DNA of 61,711 nucleotides from Elusimicrobiota bacterium (GTDB taxonomy: Bacteria > CG03 > SLGR01 > JAGXOG01), in the NCBI GenBank assembly GCA_051745145.1, contig JBNJDT010000007.1:1-61711 (forward strand). The letters run 5' to 3'. The notes under the pieces are model-generated. The model was not told the DNA's origin and ran no database searches. It worked only from the letters and a program-made list of their open reading frames with translations. The translations under genes were made by a program, and so were the position numbers. Shown here piece after piece: positions 57,941-61,711 of this stretch (the first letter of the stretch is position 1; each line of letters opens with the position of its first letter).

Positions 57941-58597
57941 ATGGAATTAATAGATTTACATACACATACTTTTTTATCGGACGGTGAACTTTCTCCGGCA
58001 GAGTTAGTTTACAGGTATAAAGTTAGAGGCTGCCGGACGGTTGCCCTTACTGACCACGTGGATTATTCTAATATGGAGTTTATAATTAACTCTTTAACCG
58101 CTGCGGCCGGTAAATTGGAAAAGTATTATGACATTGAGGTGATACCCGGAGTGGAGCTGACATATATTCCGCCGGAAGATATGGAAAATATGATTGCCCG
58201 GGCCCGAAAATTGAAAGCTGAGCTGGTAGTAGTGCACGGGGAAACTTCAGTGGAACCGGTACCGGAAGGTACTAATATAGCAGCAGTTAAAGGGGGATGT
58301 GATATTCTGGCCCATCCCGGTAATTTTACTCCCGAGCAGGCCCGCCAGGCTGCCGAAAATGATGTATATATAGAGTTAACCACCCGCCGGGGGCACCGGA
58401 ACACAAATAAAAAAGTTTTCCGGATTGCCCGGGATTACAACTGCAAACTTATATTAAATACCGATTCTCACGGCCCTAAAGATCTGCTGGAGGAGAGTAA
58501 AATAAATAAGGTACTTAAAAACTGTGAAATGGAAAAGAATTATTATAAAAAGTTAAAGAAAAATTCATTTGAATTAAAAGACAGGATAAGGGGTTAA
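57941..58597 (+). CDS. PHP-domain protein (histidinol-phosphate phosphatase-like family)
   Basis: IDLHTHTFLSDG, ALTDH, PGVELT, VVHGET, ILAHPG, NTDSH. Confidence 0.9.
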   Translation: MELIDLHTHTFLSDGELSPAELVYRYKVRGCRTVALTDHVDYSNMEFIINSLTAAAGKLEKYYDIEVIPGVELTYIPPEDMENMIARARKLKAELVVVHGETSVEPVPEGTNIAAVKGGCDILAHPGNFTPEQARQAAENDVYIELTTRRGHRNTNKKVFRIARDYNCKLILNTDSHGPKDLLEESKINKVLKNCEMEKNYYKKLKKNSFELKDRIRG

Positions 58598-58600
58598 ATT

Positions 58601-59299
58601 ATGACTAGAAAATGGGTAAAAGACGAACTTAAAAAAAATCCGGCTCAGGATTTTTTAGTTAAATTAATAAAGTATATAAGAGAACACAAACAGAGTTTTA
58701 TTATTGGAGCTGTCACAGCTGTAGTTTTAGCGACGGGGACTTTTTTAATACTCAGAGCCCGTATGCTGGAAAACAGGCATGCCGCTCATGAATTTTCCAG
58801 GGCCCAGGAAGCTTACTCCCGGTTTAACTACGATAAGGCTATAGAAAAATGTGAAAAAGTAGAGGAAAATTACGGCAATGCAAAAATTATGGATCAGGTC
58901 CTGTACTTAAAGGGGATGGCCTATTATGAAAAAGAAGATTTTAACAGGTCGGCCGAAGTGCTCTCGTCCGCGGCGGCAGAGTATCCCGAGAGTAAAATAA
59001 TATCCGAGATTATAATTTCCCTGGCTTCGGCTTATGAACAGCTAGATAGCCCCAAAGAAGCTCTAAAACAGTTCACCAAAATTCCGGAAGACAGCTATTT
59101 AAAACCGGAGGGTTTAGCCGGGGAGGCTCGAATATATGAGCTGACCGAAGAGGAAAACAGTGCCGTAGAAATATATAACAGGCTGCAGAGAAATTATTCT
59201 AACACCTACTGGGGAGAATTTGCATCTAAAAGGTTGAAGGCATTAGGGGCGGCCCCCGAAGAATCCGAAGAGTTTCAACCTGATATACAGTTAAAATAA
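58601..59299 (+). CDS. membrane-anchored TPR protein (YfgM/CpoB-like)
   Basis: N-terminal K.ELK..P..DF, a single TM, then TPRs (YLKGMAYYEKEDF..S...YPES). Confidence 0.75.
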   Translation: MTRKWVKDELKKNPAQDFLVKLIKYIREHKQSFIIGAVTAVVLATGTFLILRARMLENRHAAHEFSRAQEAYSRFNYDKAIEKCEKVEENYGNAKIMDQVLYLKGMAYYEKEDFNRSAEVLSSAAAEYPESKIISEIIISLASAYEQLDSPKEALKQFTKIPEDSYLKPEGLAGEARIYELTEEENSAVEIYNRLQRNYSNTYWGEFASKRLKALGAAPEESEEFQPDIQLK

Positions 59300-59325
59300 T
59301 AAAGGATAGCTTAATACGGGAATAT

Positions 59326-59353
59326 TTGACAGTTATGAGAATTTGTATAAAAT
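59326..59353 (+). promoter_or_regulatory. putative sigma70 promoter of gap-pgk
   Basis: TTGACA (59326-31), 16 bp spacer, TAAAAT (59348-53). Confidence 0.55.
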
Positions 59354-59413
59354 ACTAATGATTAATATAGTGACAAATAAGAAGTGGAAGTAATGAATTT
59401 TAAGGAGGAGAAT

Positions 59414-60415
59414 ATGTCTCTAAATGTAGGAATTAACGGATTTGGAAGAATAGGACGGCAGGTTTTTAAAAGAATGCAGAGTGAAGGCGGTTTCAACGTC
59501 AAAGCAATTAATGATATAGCCGATGCTGAAACATTAGCGTATTTATTAAAATACGATTCTGTTCACGGGAAGTATCCGGGAACAGTTGAAGCTAAAGAAA
59601 ACAGTATAGTGGTAGATGGCAAAGAGATTAAGATTTTAAACGAAAAAGATCCCGCACAGCTTCCCTGGGATAAGATGGGAGTGGATTATGTTCTTGAGTC
59701 GACCGGAGTATTCAGAGAAAGAGAACAGATAGCCAAACATCTCGAAGCGGGCGCCAAAAAGGTGCTTTTATCCGTACCGGCTAAAGATAAAATAGATGCC
59801 ACGCTGGTACTGGGAGTAAATGACGATACTTTAAAACCGGAGGATAAAATAGTATCCAACGCTTCCTGTACTACTAACTGTTTTGCGCCTGTTGTAAAAG
59901 TGCTTAACGAAAAATTTGGGATAGAAAAAGGTTTAATGACTACCGTTCACGGTTATACAAACGGTCAGGCCATACTGGACAGTCCCCACAAAAAATTGAC
60001 CAGAGGACGTACTGCTGCCGCCAATATTCTGCCCACTACAACGGGAGCAGCTGTAGCGGTGGGTAAAGTAATCCCGGAGATGGACGGCAAACTTGACGGA
60101 ATGGCTATAAGAGTACCTGTTCCCGACGGTTCAGTGGTCGATTTTGTAGCAAATTTAGAGCAGGATGTAACTGAAGAAGATATAAATAATGCCATGAAAG
60201 AGGCCGCCGAAGGAGAACTTAAGGGAATTCTGGAATACACCGAGGATCCAATAGTCTCAAGCGATATAATAGATAATCCCGCATCTTCTATTTTCAGCGC
60301 TGAATCAACCAATGTTATGGACGGAGATCAGGTAAAAGTTCTCTCCTGGTACGACAATGAATGGGGTTATTCGTGCCGCTGCGTTGATCTTTTAAAAAAG
60401 ATGGCTTCAATGTAA
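59414..60415 (+). CDS. gap: type I glyceraldehyde-3-phosphate dehydrogenase
   Basis: GINGFGRIGR, SNASCTTNC, PTTTGAA, WYDNEWGYS. RBS AAGGAGGAG precedes ATG 59414. Confidence 0.99.
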   Translation: MSLNVGINGFGRIGRQVFKRMQSEGGFNVKAINDIADAETLAYLLKYDSVHGKYPGTVEAKENSIVVDGKEIKILNEKDPAQLPWDKMGVDYVLESTGVFREREQIAKHLEAGAKKVLLSVPAKDKIDATLVLGVNDDTLKPEDKIVSNASCTTNCFAPVVKVLNEKFGIEKGLMTTVHGYTNGQAILDSPHKKLTRGRTAAANILPTTTGAAVAVGKVIPEMDGKLDGMAIRVPVPDGSVVDFVANLEQDVTEEDINNAMKEAAEGELKGILEYTEDPIVSSDIIDNPASSIFSAESTNVMDGDQVKVLSWYDNEWGYSCRCVDLLKKMASM

Positions 60416-60424
60416 AAACCGGTT

Positions 60425-61609
60425 ATGTTAAAGACAGTAAAAGATGTAAATATTAAAGGGAAGAAGGTCTTAGTCAGGTGTGACTTTAACGTCCCTCTGG
60501 AAAAGGGCCGGATTACCGATGATAACAGGATAAAAAAAGCCCTCCCTGCAATAAAAAACCTGCTGGACGGGGGAGCCTCGGTAATCTTGATGAGCCACCT
60601 GGGAAGGCCGAAAGGCGAAAAAGTCGATGAGCTTTCTCTTAAGCCCGTAGCCGGCAGGCTCGGTGAGTTACTTAATGTGGATGTTAAATTCAACGGGTCC
60701 ACTACCGGATCTTCGGCCAAAAAAGTTGCCTCCGAGCTTAAACCGGGGGAAGTATATTTACTTGAGAATCTCAGGTTTAACTCCGGGGAGAAGGAAAATG
60801 ACCCCGGATTTGCCAGAGATTTAGCCGACCTGGCCGATTTATTTGTCCAAAACGCTTTCGGGACGGCTCACCGAAAACACGCCTCCATGGTCGGGGTACC
60901 TGATTATCTTGAGTCTGTAGCCGGAGAGCTTATCCAAAAAGAAGTTGACTATCTTTCCCGGGGGCTAACCCCCGACAACCCTTTTGTCGTATGCCTGGGA
61001 GGAGCAAAAATAGCTTCTAAAATCGGAGTAATTCAGAATATGCTTGACAAAGCCGACACTATTCTCATTGGCGGCGGGATGACTTATACCCTGTTAAAAG
61101 CAAAAGGGGTTCAGGTAGGGAATTCCCTGGTAGATGAAGATAATATTAAAACGGCCGAAGAAATTTTATCCAGGGCGAAAAATTCTCAGGCGGAACTTAT
61201 GCTGCCCGTAGATCAGGTTGCAAGTGATGATTTTGATAATCCTCAAAGAGTTGAAAATATAGAAGGGAACCGGATTCCCCGGGATATGATGGGAATGGAT
61301 ATAGGGCCCCAAACAGCTAAATTATATGAGGAAAAATTATCTGCAGCGCAGACTGTAGTATTTAACGGGCCCATGGGAGTTTTTGAAAAAGACCGGTTTA
61401 CCGGAGGAACTCAAGCTGTACTGAGGGGAGTAAAAAAGGCTACCCAATCCGGCGGCACTACTTTATTAGGCGGCGGCGATACTGTATCGGCAGTAAAGAA
61501 ATTTGGATTTTCAGAATCCGATTTTTCTCATGTTTCAACCGGAGGCGGAGCCAGTCTTACTTTCTTAGAAGGCAGTCCTCTTCCGGGTATTGAAGTTCTT
61601 AAAAATTAA
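60425..61609 (+). CDS. pgk: phosphoglycerate kinase
   Basis: VLVRCDFNVP, SHLGRPKG, LLENLRF, AFGTAHRKHAS, NGPMGVFE, HVSTGGGASL. Confidence 0.99.
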   Translation: MLKTVKDVNIKGKKVLVRCDFNVPLEKGRITDDNRIKKALPAIKNLLDGGASVILMSHLGRPKGEKVDELSLKPVAGRLGELLNVDVKFNGSTTGSSAKKVASELKPGEVYLLENLRFNSGEKENDPGFARDLADLADLFVQNAFGTAHRKHASMVGVPDYLESVAGELIQKEVDYLSRGLTPDNPFVVCLGGAKIASKIGVIQNMLDKADTILIGGGMTYTLLKAKGVQVGNSLVDEDNIKTAEEILSRAKNSQAELMLPVDQVASDDFDNPQRVENIEGNRIPRDMMGMDIGPQTAKLYEEKLSAAQTVVFNGPMGVFEKDRFTGGTQAVLRGVKKATQSGGTTLLGGGDTVSAVKKFGFSESDFSHVSTGGGASLTFLEGSPLPGIEVLKN

Positions 61610-61631
61610 GTTATAGTATAAATATATAAGA

Positions 61632-61706
61632 GCGGGCGTAGTTCAGTGGAAGAACATCACGTTGCCAACGTGGGGGTCGAGGGTTCGAATCCCTTCGCCC
61701 GCTCCA
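61632..61706 (+). tRNA. tRNA-Gly (GCC)
   Basis: Acceptor stem GCGGGCG/CGCCCGC, anticodon loop TTGCCAA, T-arm GAGGG-TTCGAAT-CCCTT, encoded CCA. Confidence 0.97.
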
Positions 61707-61711
61707 TTTTT

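Noticed and set aside
366..60720. Minus-strand and short alternative-frame ORFs in the ORF track (e.g. 366..797, 11035..11532, 15992..16552, 31129..31956)
   Set aside because: They overlap well-supported + strand genes or the riboswitch leader. They are mostly F/S/L-rich antisense shadows of E/K-rich coding sequence with no recognisable motifs.
61632..61711. tRNA-Gly as the attachment site of an integrated element covering the island
   Set aside because: I saw no duplicate of the tRNA 3' end and no integrase in the window, and housekeeping genes lie between the tRNA and the island.

Overview
Bacterial genomic DNA with all credible genes on the + strand; proteins are acidic and E/K-rich. The protein families suggest a diderm such as Elusimicrobiota (inference, not demonstrated). 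The first ~47 kb is a cell-envelope island. (1) An operon encodes a stripped-down, apparently non-flagellar rotary-motor module: a membrane-anchored CheY-like receiver, a single-chain FliF-ring-domain/FliG fusion, MotA, and two tandem MotB paralogues (one lacks the ion-carrying Asp), plus degenerate accessory proteins. (2) Two translationally coupled pairs each comprise a T9SS-like C-terminal-domain (CTD) cargo and a PorV/PorP-like beta-barrel; one cargo is an 8,997-aa Ig-repeat giant protein. (3) A c-di-GMP-I riboswitch with a complete terminator/antiterminator platform controls a TPR-Ig-TM-coiled-coil protein. (4) An ankyrin/pseudopilin-like gene is present twice, with 1,119 bp apparently identical. 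The rest holds an OB-fold/TctA-like/membrane-hydrolase cluster, a MoxR-DUF58-BatABCD(E) operon, PHP and TPR genes, gap, pgk and tRNA-Gly(GCC). The best candidate for an undescribed system is a MotAB-FliF/G-derived motor linked to T9SS-like export or movement of giant surface proteins, with part of the island under c-di-GMP control. All domain calls come from motif recognition by eye; no searches were run.
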